Under the pieces are notes generated by a model, which ran no database searches, was not told where the DNA came from, and saw nothing but the letters and a program-made list of their open reading frames with translations. From contig JASGHG010000001.1 of assembly GCA_047602425.1 (NCBI GenBank), positions 5,024,001 through 5,088,000 on the forward strand: a DNA stretch of 64,000 nucleotides, read 5' to 3'. The translations under genes and the position numbers were made by a program. This DNA is from Nibricoccus sp. (GTDB lineage Bacteria > Verrucomicrobiota > Verrucomicrobiia > Opitutales > Opitutaceae). Below are positions 1 to 9,996 of this stretch, piece by piece. Every line of letters begins with the position of its first letter. Position 1 is the stretch's first letter.

Positions 1-188
1 CTTCGTTTCGTCCACGCATCCCCTGTGATGCGCCCATGGATTGGTTGCGCCTGTGTAAAGAGTCGTCCGCTCCCTCCAAAAAAGACTTTCCCGCCGCGCT
101 CCCGCCCTGTTAGCTCGCCCTTTCGTTCTCCGGGTCGCCGTAATTCCTACGCGCCACCCACTCCTCGTTCCTCGTTACTTTCCCGCCA

Positions 189-2984
189 ATGACATCCGCG
201 CAAATCCGCCAGTCCTTCCTCGATTTCTTCGCTTCCCAAGGCCACACGATCGTGCCGTCGTCGTCCTTGCTGCCGGACTCGCCCGGACTGCTCTTCACGA
301 ATGCCGGTATGAACCAGTTCGTGCCGATCTTCCTCGGCGACCGCAAACCCGATGTCTCCAAGTGGGCCGGCGTCCGCCCGTCGAAAGACACCCGCGCCGC
401 CGATACCCAGAAATGCATCCGCGCTGGCGGCAAGCACAACGACCTCGAGGACGTCGGTTTCGACACCTACCACCACACGATGTTCGAGATGCTGGGCAAC
501 TGGTCTTTCGGCGACTACTTCAAGAAAGAGTCGCTCACCTGGGGCTGGACCTTGCTGACCAAGGTCTGGGGCATTCCCGCCAAGCGCCTCTTCGCCACCG
601 TCTACGCACCCAAGCCCGGCGACCCGTCCGAATTCGACCACGAAGCCGCCGCGATCTGGACTGAACTCTTCAAAAAAGAAGGCCTCGATCCCGCCATCCA
701 CATCGTCCACGGCAATCGCAAGGACAACTTCTGGCAGATGGGCGACACCGGCCCCTGCGGCCCTTGCTCCGAAATCCATTTCAACCTCAACCCGTCCGAC
801 GACGAAGCCGAAGGCCGCAAGCTCGTCAATTCCTCCTCCTCGCGCTGCATCGAGATCTGGAACCACGTCTTCATTCAGTTCAACGCCAATGCCGACGGCA
901 CCTTCTCGCCGCTCGCCGCCAAACACGTCGACACCGGCATGGGCTTCGAACGCGTCGCCGGCATCTACGCCACGACAAAAGGCTTCAAGGACTTTTCCGA
1001 CGAACCGTCGAACTACAACTCCGACGTCTTCACTTCACTCTTCGACGTCATCGCCAAACTCTCCGGCAAAACCTACACCCGCACCGTCCCGACCAAACGC
1101 GAAGGACTAACCGAACAAGAGAATACCGACATCGCCTTCCGCGTCCTCGCCGACCATGCCCGCTGCGTCAGCTGCGCCATCGCCGACGGCATTCTCCCCG
1201 GCAACGACGGCCGCAACTACGTCATCCGCCGCATCCTCCGCCGCGGCATTTTGTACGGCAAAAAACTCGGCCTCGGCACCGGCTTCTTCGAACAACTCGT
1301 CGCCCCCGTTGTAGAAAGCCTCGGCAAAGTCTTCCCCGAACTCGTCGAACGCCGCGACATCGTGCAACGCGTGATCCGGAGTGAAGAGGAGTCGTTTGGA
1401 CGGACGCTGGACCGTGGCCTCGCTAAATTTAACGCAGCCATCACAGGTGAAGGCGCTGGCGACGGCACGGGATTTGGTGGAGGCATTGCTTCTGGTGCTG
1501 GTTTTGGTGATGGCAGCGGCGATGGATCAGGTCGCAGATTCATCCCAGGATCCCTCGCCTTCGAACTCTACGACACCTATGGCTTCCCGCTCGACATGAC
1601 GCAGCTCCTTGCCACCGAGCGCGGCCTCACCGTCGATACCGCCGAGTTCGAACGCCTGATGGAGCAGCAGCGCGAGCGTGCTCGCGCTGCCCAGAAAAAA
1701 GAAATCGTCGTCGCCGCCACCGAGGGCGACGAAAAGACCGATCACCAGCCCACCCTTTTCGTCGGCTACGTGCTCCAGCCCACGCCGTGCATGGCGAACC
1801 TTTTGGAAGTCGCCAAAGCCGGTGATGACACGTTCCTTATTTTCGACCGCACTCCGTTTTACGCCGAGATGGGCGGTCAGGCCGGCGACTCCGGCACCGT
1901 CGAGATCGCTGGTCAACCCGTCGAGATCGTCGACACGATCAAGGACAAACACGGCCGTTACCTGCATAAAACCGCCAAACCGCTCGACGCCGATCTCGCC
2001 GCCCACGCCACCAAGGGCACGATGGTCGAGCTCTCGCTCGATCTCAATAAGCGCCGCGCCATTTCGCGTCATCACAGCGCCGAGCACTTGATCCATTGGG
2101 CTCTCCGTAAAACCCTCGGCACCCACGTTCGCCAGGCCGGCACGCACAAAACCGCCGACCGCATGCGCTTCGACTTCTCGCACTTCGAAGCCGTCACGCC
2201 CGCGCAGCTCCGCGAGATCGAAGCCCTCGTCAACGAGCGCATCCTCGACAACGCCAAGGTCGAGGCCTACGAAACCGACTTTGATAAAAAGCCCGAGGGC
2301 ACCCTCGCCTTCTTCGGCGAGAAATACGGCAAGATCGTCCGCGTGGTCGACATCGGCGGTTACAGCCGCGAACTCTGCGGCGGTACGCACGTTTCCACCA
2401 CCGGTGAAATCGGCCTGATCAAAATCGTCTCCGAGTCCGCCATTGCTGCCGGCACGCGCCGCGTCGAAGTTGTCGCCGGCCAGGCCGCGCTCGATTTCGT
2501 CGCCCAACGCGAAACGGTTCTTTCAACTTTAAGTCTTCAACTTTCAACTTCGCCGCTGGAAGCGGCGAAAAAAGTCGACGCCCTGCTCGCGCAAAAAGCC
2601 GAGCTCGAAAAGAAGCTCAAAGCTTTCGAGCAAAAAGCCTCCGCCGGCCTCGCTGACGAACTCATCGCCAAAGCCACAACGAAGGACGGCCTCAAATTCG
2701 TCTCCGCCGTCGTCGCCGCCGAAACCCCCGATGCCCTCCGTGCCCTCGGCAGTCAGATCCTCGCCAAGCTCGGCGAAGGCGTCGTGCAGCTCGGCGCCGC
2801 CAACGGCGACAAGGCCACCGTCGTCGCCTTCTGCTCTCCCGCCGCGATCAAAGCTGGCCAACAAGCGGGCAAAATCGTTTCCGCTCTCACCGTCCAACTC
2901 GGCGGCAAGGGCGGCGGCAAACCCGACTTCGCCATGGGCGGCGGCAAAGACACCGCCAACCTTGCCAAAGTTTTAGGAGCCTAA
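189..2984 (+). CDS. alaS: Alanine--tRNA ligase
   Basis: IRQSFLDFF, LLFTNAGMNQF, HHTMFEMLGNWSFGDYFK, DTGMGFER, LYDTYGFP, editing-domain HSAEH and ELCGGTH, C-terminal GGKGGG. Confidence 0.98.
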   Translation: MTSAQIRQSFLDFFASQGHTIVPSSSLLPDSPGLLFTNAGMNQFVPIFLGDRKPDVSKWAGVRPSKDTRAADTQKCIRAGGKHNDLEDVGFDTYHHTMFEMLGNWSFGDYFKKESLTWGWTLLTKVWGIPAKRLFATVYAPKPGDPSEFDHEAAAIWTELFKKEGLDPAIHIVHGNRKDNFWQMGDTGPCGPCSEIHFNLNPSDDEAEGRKLVNSSSSRCIEIWNHVFIQFNANADGTFSPLAAKHVDTGMGFERVAGIYATTKGFKDFSDEPSNYNSDVFTSLFDVIAKLSGKTYTRTVPTKREGLTEQENTDIAFRVLADHARCVSCAIADGILPGNDGRNYVIRRILRRGILYGKKLGLGTGFFEQLVAPVVESLGKVFPELVERRDIVQRVIRSEEESFGRTLDRGLAKFNAAITGEGAGDGTGFGGGIASGAGFGDGSGDGSGRRFIPGSLAFELYDTYGFPLDMTQLLATERGLTVDTAEFERLMEQQRERARAAQKKEIVVAATEGDEKTDHQPTLFVGYVLQPTPCMANLLEVAKAGDDTFLIFDRTPFYAEMGGQAGDSGTVEIAGQPVEIVDTIKDKHGRYLHKTAKPLDADLAAHATKGTMVELSLDLNKRRAISRHHSAEHLIHWALRKTLGTHVRQAGTHKTADRMRFDFSHFEAVTPAQLREIEALVNERILDNAKVEAYETDFDKKPEGTLAFFGEKYGKIVRVVDIGGYSRELCGGTHVSTTGEIGLIKIVSESAIAAGTRRVEVVAGQAALDFVAQRETVLSTLSLQLSTSPLEAAKKVDALLAQKAELEKKLKAFEQKASAGLADELIAKATTKDGLKFVSAVVAAETPDALRALGSQILAKLGEGVVQLGAANGDKATVVAFCSPAAIKAGQQAGKIVSALTVQLGGKGGGKPDFAMGGGKDTANLAKVLGA

Positions 2985-2990
2985 AACCAA

Positions 2991-3088
2991 GTTACACAGA
3001 GTGCACGAGAGGCTACACAGAGACCACAGAGCTCCATTTTTAAAACACTCCGTGACCTCCGTGCCTCCTCTCGTGCCCTCCGTGTAAC
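2991..3088. repeat. REP-like imperfect inverted repeat built from CACAGAG/CACGGAG units
   Basis: GTTACACAGAGTGCACGAGAGG...CACAGAG (2991-3031) pairs with CTCCGTGACCTCCGTG...CTCCGTGTAAC (3048-3088). Confidence 0.8.
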
Positions 3089-3108
3089 CCTCCGAACAAC
3101 CGCCGCCC

Positions 3109-3639
3109 ATGACCTTCTTCGTTCTACGCGCGTTGCACATCATCGGTGTCGTCTGCTGGTTCGCTGGGCTCTTTTATATAGTTCGGCTTTTCATCTATCA
3201 CACCGAAGCCCTCGACGAACAGGAACCCAAACGCGGCATTCTCGCCATCCAGTTCGCGTTGATGTCCAAACGCCTCTGGTACGCCATCACGGTTCCGTCA
3301 ATGGTCATCACCACGGTTTTTGGCACTTGGCTGATGTTCGGCTATCACGATCTGCTGCACGAGCCCTGGCTCCACGTTAAACTCGTCATGTTGGCACTGC
3401 TGTTTGGTTATCACTACGACTGCGGCCGCATCCGCAAGCGCCTCGCCGCCGGCGAAAAGCTCTACTCTTCGCGCCAGCTTCGCATCTACAACGAAGTCGC
3501 CACGTTCCTCCTCGTCGGCATCGTCTTCGTCGCCGTGAGCCGCAACGTCAGCATGGCCTTCAAAGCCCTCGGCGGCTGCGCAATTTTGATGGCCCTGCTC
3601 GTCCTCTTCCTCCGCAAAAAACTCCAGGGCCGAAAATAG
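3109..3639 (+). CDS. hemJ: Protoporphyrinogen oxidase HemJ (CopD-like membrane protein)
   Basis: ALHIIGVVCWFAGLFYIVRLFIYH, WLHVKL, RIYNEVAT motifs. Confidence 0.85.
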   Translation: MTFFVLRALHIIGVVCWFAGLFYIVRLFIYHTEALDEQEPKRGILAIQFALMSKRLWYAITVPSMVITTVFGTWLMFGYHDLLHEPWLHVKLVMLALLFGYHYDCGRIRKRLAAGEKLYSSRQLRIYNEVATFLLVGIVFVAVSRNVSMAFKALGGCAILMALLVLFLRKKLQGRK

Positions 3640-3654
3640 CAGACTAATCGATTC

Positions 3655-3799
3655 GCCACAGAGAGCACAGAGCTCGGACACAGAGTACACAGAGAGCTTC
3701 GGGTTGGCAGAAGTTCTTCGGCCATCAAGGATCCAAAGACGGATGCTTCTTCTCGACCCCTCCGTGACCTCTGTGTCCGAGCTCTGTGTCCTCTGTGGC
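3655..3799. repeat. REP-like inverted repeat, CACAGAG family
   Basis: GCCACAGAGAGCACAGAGCTCGGACACAGAG (3655-) is the inverse of CTCTGTGTCCGAGCTCTGTGTCCTCTGTGGC (-3799). Confidence 0.85.
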
Positions 3800-3819
3800 T
3801 CAAAAGTATTTCATCCCCC

Positions 3820-4929
3820 ATGCCCGCCGAAAAGAAAACCAACGAACCGTTCAAAAACTGGTACAACGAAGAGCTCTATCGGCAAATCGCGGAGGAACTC
3901 GCCGCCGTCGACGCCAAGTTCGACCGCAAAAAGTTCCTCTCGCTCACACTCACCGGACTCGAGCAACGCGAACTGATGGATCGCATGCGCCAGACCGCCA
4001 TCGCCGCCGAGGCCACACTGTCCGGCTCGTACCGCCAAAAAGTCGCCGCGCTCCGCAAAATCACACCCAACGTAAAGCGCGGTTTTGTGACGCTGAGCTT
4101 TTGCGATTTCGTCGCACGTTACGGGCTCGACGATTTCGAGCACTCGATGGAAACGCTGAAGTTTTTTACCCCTTTCGGCTCCGCCGAGTTTGCCGTGCGC
4201 CCTTTCATCGCGCGCGATCCCGCTCGCGCCCTCGCCATTTTGCTCAAGTGGGCGGAAGATGAAAACGAACACGTTCGCCGACTCGCCAGCGAAGGCAGCC
4301 GTCCACGTTTGCCCTGGGGTGCGCGCCTCACCGCCATCGTCGCCAAGCCCGATCTCACCGCGTCGATTCTCGAAAAGCTAAAAAGCGATCCCGCGCTCTA
4401 CGTTCGCAAGTCCGTCGCGAATCACCTCAACGACATCGCGAAGGATCACCCCGAGTGGGTCCTCGACCGCGTCGAGTCGTGGAAAAATGGCGACGCAGGA
4501 ACCACCTGGATCGTTCGTCATGCCTTGCGCACGTTGATCAAAAAAGGCCATCCTCGCGCCCTCACCCTTCTTGGCGCCGACACCAAAGCCGTCGCACACG
4601 TGCAAGTGCGCCGTTTCACGGTCTCGCCCGCTAAAATCCAACTCGGCGAATCCATCGAGCTTTCCGCCGAACTCACCGCCAAGGGTAAAAAGCCTCTCTC
4701 GCTCGTGATCGACTACATCATCCACTACGCCCGCGTCGGAGAAAAAACCTCCGCCAAGGTTTTCAAGTGGACGACCGCCACGCTCGGGCCGGGAAAACCG
4801 CTCGTGTTGAAGAAACGTCAAATCATTCGCGATTTCACCACCCGCAAACACCACGCCGGCAAGCACCGCGTGGAGTTACAGATAAACGGCACGCGCCTCG
4901 CCGAGTCCGAGTTTAAACTTACGGCGTAA
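3820..4929 (+). CDS. DNA alkylation repair protein (AlkC/AlkD-like HEAT repeat) with C-terminal beta domain
   Basis: SAEFAVRPF, HVRRLASEGSRPRLPW, YVRKSVANHLNDIAKDHP, DFTTRKHHAG. Confidence 0.85.
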   Translation: MPAEKKTNEPFKNWYNEELYRQIAEELAAVDAKFDRKKFLSLTLTGLEQRELMDRMRQTAIAAEATLSGSYRQKVAALRKITPNVKRGFVTLSFCDFVARYGLDDFEHSMETLKFFTPFGSAEFAVRPFIARDPARALAILLKWAEDENEHVRRLASEGSRPRLPWGARLTAIVAKPDLTASILEKLKSDPALYVRKSVANHLNDIAKDHPEWVLDRVESWKNGDAGTTWIVRHALRTLIKKGHPRALTLLGADTKAVAHVQVRRFTVSPAKIQLGESIELSAELTAKGKKPLSLVIDYIIHYARVGEKTSAKVFKWTTATLGPGKPLVLKKRQIIRDFTTRKHHAGKHRVELQINGTRLAESEFKLTA

Positions 4930-4940
4930 AACAAATTCCG

Positions 4941-5036
4941 AGGTGGAGCGGGCCGTCCCCGGCGCGCTGGTTTGAAAATGCAACGCCGAACAACCGGCGA
5001 CGCCACTCAAGGCGCAATGCGACCGCGCGTTCCACC
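4941..5036. repeat. GTGG-type REP-like element
   Basis: GGTGGAGCGG...CGCTGGTTTGAAAA and ...CGCGTTCCACC ends shared with elements near 19340, 33014 and 38110. Confidence 0.6.
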
Positions 5037-5081
5037 CATCTGCGTTGTTAGCACAGTACGCCCCTCGTCGTATCACCGGCT

Positions 5082-7946
5082 TCACAGAGCAAAACTCACC
5101 GACAACACAAAGCGGCGTGGTGCGAGAAAATCGTAATCCATCGACTGAACCAAGCCGCCGCCGTACGTCTGGTAACTGCGGTAGATCAATGTTTCCTTTC
5201 CAAGGACGTTTTCCACGTTGAGCTGTATCTTCGTTTTTACCTTTCGCTCTCCAAAACCGAACGAAGTGCTGTATCCAAGCATCGCGTTGTAGATTTGGTA
5301 GGCGGGCGATAGAATCCGCTCGCCATTCACTTTGTCCTGCGGATTGCCATACTGCTTTCCGAGTGCCGTCACTCCCGCTCCGACGGAGAATCCTTTCAGC
5401 CATTCCTGCGGAAACGTATAGGTGCCGAAGAAACTCGCGGTGTACTTAACCAAATGCCCCGTCACCACGGGTTCCGACAATGCGTTAATTTCTTTGGCGA
5501 TGTTGTCGATTTCGGTCTGCAGCATCGTCCGCTGCGACTGCAATTGCGGGTCTGTGGTGGGTGCGTTGGCCGTCGCCTGCCAGCTCGCAAGATGCTCCGC
5601 AAAGTAACGGCGACTGTTCGGAACGGAATTCGAAAGCTCCGATCGCGGAACCGACAGGTTCATCTGCAATCGGAGATCCGGCGTCGGATTGCCAATGAAC
5701 TCAAATTCATAACCACGGCTCCGCAAATCCGTCGTATCGGAAAAGTTCATCGATGCGTTCGCCGATGTGCCAGTCCCGGTGATCACACCCGTGGGCCCAA
5801 GGTCGCGGTCCGGCCCGCCGGCATCGATATACCGGTTCCACAGACCTTGAAAACCCGGCCCGTTTTTTGGACGACCCGTGGATTCGTCCTCGTAGTAATT
5901 CAGCGCGGCGTAATATTTCCGATCCAGTGTCGATATGCGCACGCCAAACGTCTGCCCCCGCCCTTCCGCCGCTTTCATTGGCGCGCCATACAGCGTCGGA
6001 GCCACACCACCCGCCAGCGGCGCAAAATTTTCAGAATAGTTATAGCTGAGCCCAAGCCAGGGCAGCACATAACCCACCGCGCCCGCTTGGTAGGTGGTGC
6101 CTTTTTCGGTCAGACTCGTCATCGTCGTATCGAGTTTCCGAATACCGCGCTTTTCGTTCGAATACCGGTCGCGACGCGCGCCGAGCGTGAGATTCAGCCG
6201 ATCCCTCCAGAGCCGGGTCTGCGAAACGATGCCGGCATACTTGATCGTTTCTTTAAGATTGTAGTCGAACCAATTGAAAGGCATCGCCTGGTAAGTGCCC
6301 ACACTGGCAGGGAGGTTCATGGCCGCGCGCGGATTGTCCCAGTACAAACGGCCCCAAATCATGTGTTGGATCCAATTAGTCTCATCGATCGTTTGGTCGA
6401 ACGCCAGGTAGGTTCTCGGTTTCAACTCCGTGCGCCGGTAGCCTCCGCTCACGCCGAACCACTGCGCAATAGGAATGCCAAACGCGCTCGTGTCGAAATG
6501 GTAGTTGAGCTGCCCGCGCAGCTCCGTCGCCGGGTGAAATTGATTCTGTTTGCTCAGGAAAAGATCCGAATACCGTTTGCCGAAATTTGGATTTGGCTGT
6601 CCGTTCGGCAACTGCCGGTTCAGATCGATCGGAGACTGCGCGCTATTTCCTCCCACATTCTCGAAATTTTGCGACTTCTGCGCGTCGCTGTAGCCGTAGG
6701 CCGCCAGCTGCACCTCCATGTTGTCGTTGATCTTTTGGTCCAACAACGCCGTCACCGACGCGTACTGTGCCCGCAGAAAACCGTCGCTCGGCGCCACCGT
6801 GAAATCACGACTCGGCAGCGCCGCGACCCAGGTGTCCGTCGGGCCAAAACTATACGCGTGCGGCCGCAAGTAGGCGCCCCAAGCCACGTCGTTGGTGCCC
6901 ATCGAGCGAATGCCGCCCTGCCAGTTCGCGGCCCCAAGCTGCGGCAGTCCGGGAATCCAAACCCGCAGCGTGGGATCGAAGCCCACCATCGCTTTCACCC
7001 CCGGCGCACCTGGCGTTGTCAGCGGGTTCGATTCCGCGCCTGTCACCGTTGCGCCCCACGTTGGCGCGCTCGTCGTTTGGTTCCAAAGAGAGAAGTTATC
7101 CTGCACGGTGAATATATAGAGATTGTTCTTCCGGTCGTAGCCTTCGATTTCGATGCGCAACTTCGTATTTTCAAAAAACCTAAACTGCGTGGAAAGGTCC
7201 GCGGCATACGTGCGCCCGCGGTCGCCTTCGCGCCAACCGCGCTCACGCTCCGCCAGAATATTGGTGCGTAGGGCAATGTTAGCGTTTACGACGCGGTTCA
7301 CATCCGCGGTCGCGCGCACCCCGGCATTGTCATTAAATTGAATTGTGAGATCCGCCGAGTTTCCGTCGAAGCGCGGCACTTTGGTATAGGTCGCGATGCT
7401 TCCGCCAATGTCGCCCACGCCGAATAAAATCGAATTGGGCCCACGCGCCGCCTCGACCCGATCCACGTTATAGAGATCCTGGGCCACATAGTTCGGGAAA
7501 TAGTTTCGGCCTGGCGGATTTCCACCTTGTTCAAGATCACCTTGTCCGCGCACGCTGAAAGCCCACGCGTTAAACTGCCCACCGCTTCCCGTCTGACCCG
7601 CGCGCCAGTTTTGCGGCACCGCGCCGGCGATCCATTTCAGCGAGTCTCGCACGTTCGTCACTTGCACGTCGTCGATAAATGCGCGCGTCAGCGATGTGAT
7701 CGGTGCAGCGACCGTGCGAAGCGGCAAATTTGCGCGTCCACCCGCCAGCGAATCGACCGCCACGTAGCCGACGTCGCGTTTCGCGTCCACCGTGAAAGCC
7801 TCGAGAACGGTTATTTGATTTTCTGTCGGGATCGACGAGGGTTCTTCTGTAGCCGGAGACGAAGGCGGGGAAACTTCCTGGGACAACAGTGCGTGGGATA
7901 AGACAAATACACTGGCGACGACGGCGGTAGTTTTTGCGTTTTTCAT
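5082..7946 (-). CDS. TonB-dependent receptor
   Basis: Signal peptide, LEAFTV TonB-box-like motif, plug motif NVDRVEAARGPNSILFG, C-terminal QLNVENV...PRRFVLSVSFAL. Confidence 0.9.
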   Translation of the reverse strand: MKNAKTTAVVASVFVLSHALLSQEVSPPSSPATEEPSSIPTENQITVLEAFTVDAKRDVGYVAVDSLAGGRANLPLRTVAAPITSLTRAFIDDVQVTNVRDSLKWIAGAVPQNWRAGQTGSGGQFNAWAFSVRGQGDLEQGGNPPGRNYFPNYVAQDLYNVDRVEAARGPNSILFGVGDIGGSIATYTKVPRFDGNSADLTIQFNDNAGVRATADVNRVVNANIALRTNILAERERGWREGDRGRTYAADLSTQFRFFENTKLRIEIEGYDRKNNLYIFTVQDNFSLWNQTTSAPTWGATVTGAESNPLTTPGAPGVKAMVGFDPTLRVWIPGLPQLGAANWQGGIRSMGTNDVAWGAYLRPHAYSFGPTDTWVAALPSRDFTVAPSDGFLRAQYASVTALLDQKINDNMEVQLAAYGYSDAQKSQNFENVGGNSAQSPIDLNRQLPNGQPNPNFGKRYSDLFLSKQNQFHPATELRGQLNYHFDTSAFGIPIAQWFGVSGGYRRTELKPRTYLAFDQTIDETNWIQHMIWGRLYWDNPRAAMNLPASVGTYQAMPFNWFDYNLKETIKYAGIVSQTRLWRDRLNLTLGARRDRYSNEKRGIRKLDTTMTSLTEKGTTYQAGAVGYVLPWLGLSYNYSENFAPLAGGVAPTLYGAPMKAAEGRGQTFGVRISTLDRKYYAALNYYEDESTGRPKNGPGFQGLWNRYIDAGGPDRDLGPTGVITGTGTSANASMNFSDTTDLRSRGYEFEFIGNPTPDLRLQMNLSVPRSELSNSVPNSRRYFAEHLASWQATANAPTTDPQLQSQRTMLQTEIDNIAKEINALSEPVVTGHLVKYTASFFGTYTFPQEWLKGFSVGAGVTALGKQYGNPQDKVNGERILSPAYQIYNAMLGYSTSFGFGERKVKTKIQLNVENVLGKETLIYRSYQTYGGGLVQSMDYDFLAPRRFVLSVSFAL

Positions 7947-8139
7947 GGGGCAGCCTCCTGAACACTTGGGTTAGCGCCCGCCGGAAGAACGCCTTCGTAT
8001 AGACAATCCCAATCCTGTTTGGTTGCAGTGTTTCGGCTTTATTGGTCCTTCCAGTTTTCCCGGCCCGCCTACCGGAGATTTTCCCGTTAGCTGAGCTTAA
8101 GCTGGCGGAACGCCTGCGGATTTGCTTAGTTCGTCCACG

Positions 8140-8397
8140 ATGACTTTGAGCGACATTATCAACGACATCGCGGATCAGGCCGACGATTTTCTCGACGGCG
8201 TGACAAAACGAACGGACGCCCGCGCGGCCATCTCCGAACAGCTCACCATCAAGTACCCCAAGCTTGCCGGACCCGAGCGCACTAAAGTTACCGACGGCGT
8301 CCTCGCGCTCCTCGACGAAGAAGGCTTTTTTGAACTGGGCTCTGGTTCCGGTTCGGATTCCGACAATGAAGGCGGCGACAGCAGTGAGGAAGAATAA
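8140..8397 (+). CDS. Small acidic hypothetical protein
   Basis: Host-like codon usage; ATG at 8140 preferred to TTG at 8122. Confidence 0.7.
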   Translation: MTLSDIINDIADQADDFLDGVTKRTDARAAISEQLTIKYPKLAGPERTKVTDGVLALLDEEGFFELGSGSGSDSDNEGGDSSEEE

Positions 8398-8493
8398 TGG
8401 CCGTCTCAACTCAAAGGCCGCGGTCCGAAAAGCTGTGAGCTTCACAGCCGCGGAGTCCGCGTTTTGTGCCGCTGTGATTCAATCTCCTTCGCT

Positions 8494-8946
8494 ATGATTT
8501 CTTTTTCCGCGCCCGACCTTACACAACATCCACCCCGCAGCCCGCGCGTTCGACTCGGCGGCTATGTGATGTTGCCGCGTTCGATCGACAAAGCCCGTGC
8601 CAAGGTTGCCGGCAAACTCGGCGAATACCTTTTCCCGCACACCATGGACAAGTGGCTGCTCGAATTCCTCGGGATCGATGGCAACGCATTTTTCGAAACA
8701 ATCAAAACCGGTAAAAGCGACAGTGAGATCCTCGCGTGGGTCCAAGAGAACTCGAATCCCAAGCGCACCGAGGCGGAAATAGCCGCCTGGTCGCAGTGGC
8801 TCGAAAACCTCACCCCGGGCAACGCCAAACGTCACAGCATGACCGGCGAATGGATCGCGAAAAATGCCCCCGCGCGTGAAGACGTTCACACCTTTATCGA
8901 CCGGCTCGATTTGGACGATTACATTTCGTTCGGCGGAAAACCATAA
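8494..8946 (+). CDS. DUF5069 domain protein
   Basis: DLTQHPPRSPRVRLGGYVMLPRSIDKARA...GEY; ends DRLDLDD. Confidence 0.85.
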   Translation: MISFSAPDLTQHPPRSPRVRLGGYVMLPRSIDKARAKVAGKLGEYLFPHTMDKWLLEFLGIDGNAFFETIKTGKSDSEILAWVQENSNPKRTEAEIAAWSQWLENLTPGNAKRHSMTGEWIAKNAPAREDVHTFIDRLDLDDYISFGGKP

Positions 8947-9035
8947 TCCAATTACGCCACATTCGTTCGTTCCAAGCGCCAACGACATTCCGCCAATCCG
9001 GCGGCCGGTTCAAAACGCGTGTTTGGGATATAGTT

Positions 9036-9833
9036 CTAATCCCGCAGCAATTCGCGGGCTCGGGAACAAAAGTTCTTTCCACCGGCCACGTATTGAATGC
9101 GGGGCATTTTCAAATCGAATTGGCGCATGGGAAATTGTTCGCCATTGAGGAAATGAACTTCTCCGCCACCGGCGAGACAGAGCGCAACCGCCGCAGCGAT
9201 ATCCCAAATCTTCACGTTGTGGTCGATCGTGCCGTCCAGCGTGCCGACCGCCACATAAGCAAGGTGCAGCGTACTGGTGCCAAGCGCGCGAATTTTATAA
9301 TTCTCCACAATGCGCTGCGCGTGATGCGCAAACTTGCGATCAAATGGGCTGTGAAAACCAATGAGACTTTCCTTGTCGAGTTTCGCTTCCTTCACTTGCG
9401 CGGGCCGCTCGCCGTCGAAAAGCCCAAATCCCGGGCCGCCCTGGATCAGCACGCGGCGTCCCATGTCGTAGACGAAGCCATAAACCGGCAGGCCGTTTTC
9501 CAACAGCGCGAGTGAAATGGCGCAGTTCGGAATTCCTTGGGCATAGTTATTGGTTCCGTCGATCGGATCCAACACCCACGCGAAACGCGCCGTGACCGCA
9601 ATCGGCTTGTCGGTAACCGTGAGTTCCTCGCTGAAAATCTGGTCGCCCGGAAATTGCGCGGTGATCTCGCGCACGATGGCCTCCGAGATCGCAATATCGA
9701 TCGGTGTCACCCGCGTGCCGTCGTGCTTCCAATTGCTTTGCGCGCGACCAAATTCGGCGTGCAACAACGTAGTACGGGCGAGCACGACGGTTTTGCCAGC
9801 GGCGATGCGGGAGAGAAGTTCGGCTGAAGACAT
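9036..9833 (-). CDS. Inositol monophosphatase family protein
   Basis: SEE, WVLDPIDGTNNY, WDIAAA motifs; start taken at ATG 9833. Confidence 0.9.
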   Translation of the reverse strand: MSSAELLSRIAAGKTVVLARTTLLHAEFGRAQSNWKHDGTRVTPIDIAISEAIVREITAQFPGDQIFSEELTVTDKPIAVTARFAWVLDPIDGTNNYAQGIPNCAISLALLENGLPVYGFVYDMGRRVLIQGGPGFGLFDGERPAQVKEAKLDKESLIGFHSPFDRKFAHHAQRIVENYKIRALGTSTLHLAYVAVGTLDGTIDHNVKIWDIAAAVALCLAGGGEVHFLNGEQFPMRQFDLKMPRIQYVAGGKNFCSRARELLRD

Positions 9834-9837
9834 GTAG

Positions 9838-9905
9838 AACCACTTATTCACACTTATGCTCACTGATGAAAACCAATAAGTGGCCTTCAGTGGAAATAAG
9901 TGGTT
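9838..9905. repeat. REP-like inverted repeat (AACCACTTAT...ATAAGTGGTT)
   Basis: Terminal inverted arms with internal CACTTAT/CAGTG triplets; related to the CATCAGTG...AGTGGTT units at 19424 and 35428. Confidence 0.7.
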
Positions 9906-9956
9906 CAACTTCTACGCATTCGTAGTGTTTCAACACAAACAAAGCGATACAGGCTC

Positions 9957-9986
9957 ATTCGCGTTTATTCGCGTCCATTCGCGGTT
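9957..9986. repeat. Triplet REP-like unit ATTCGCG x3 ending GGTT
   Basis: ATTCGCGTTTATTCGCGTCCATTCGCGGTT; same architecture as the ATTAGCG x3 units. Confidence 0.65.
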
Positions 9987-9996
9987 GCACGTCTCG

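Noticed and set aside
5454..7271. 605-aa plus-strand ORF
   Set aside because: Antisense to the TonB-dependent receptor; Arg-rich shadow composition.
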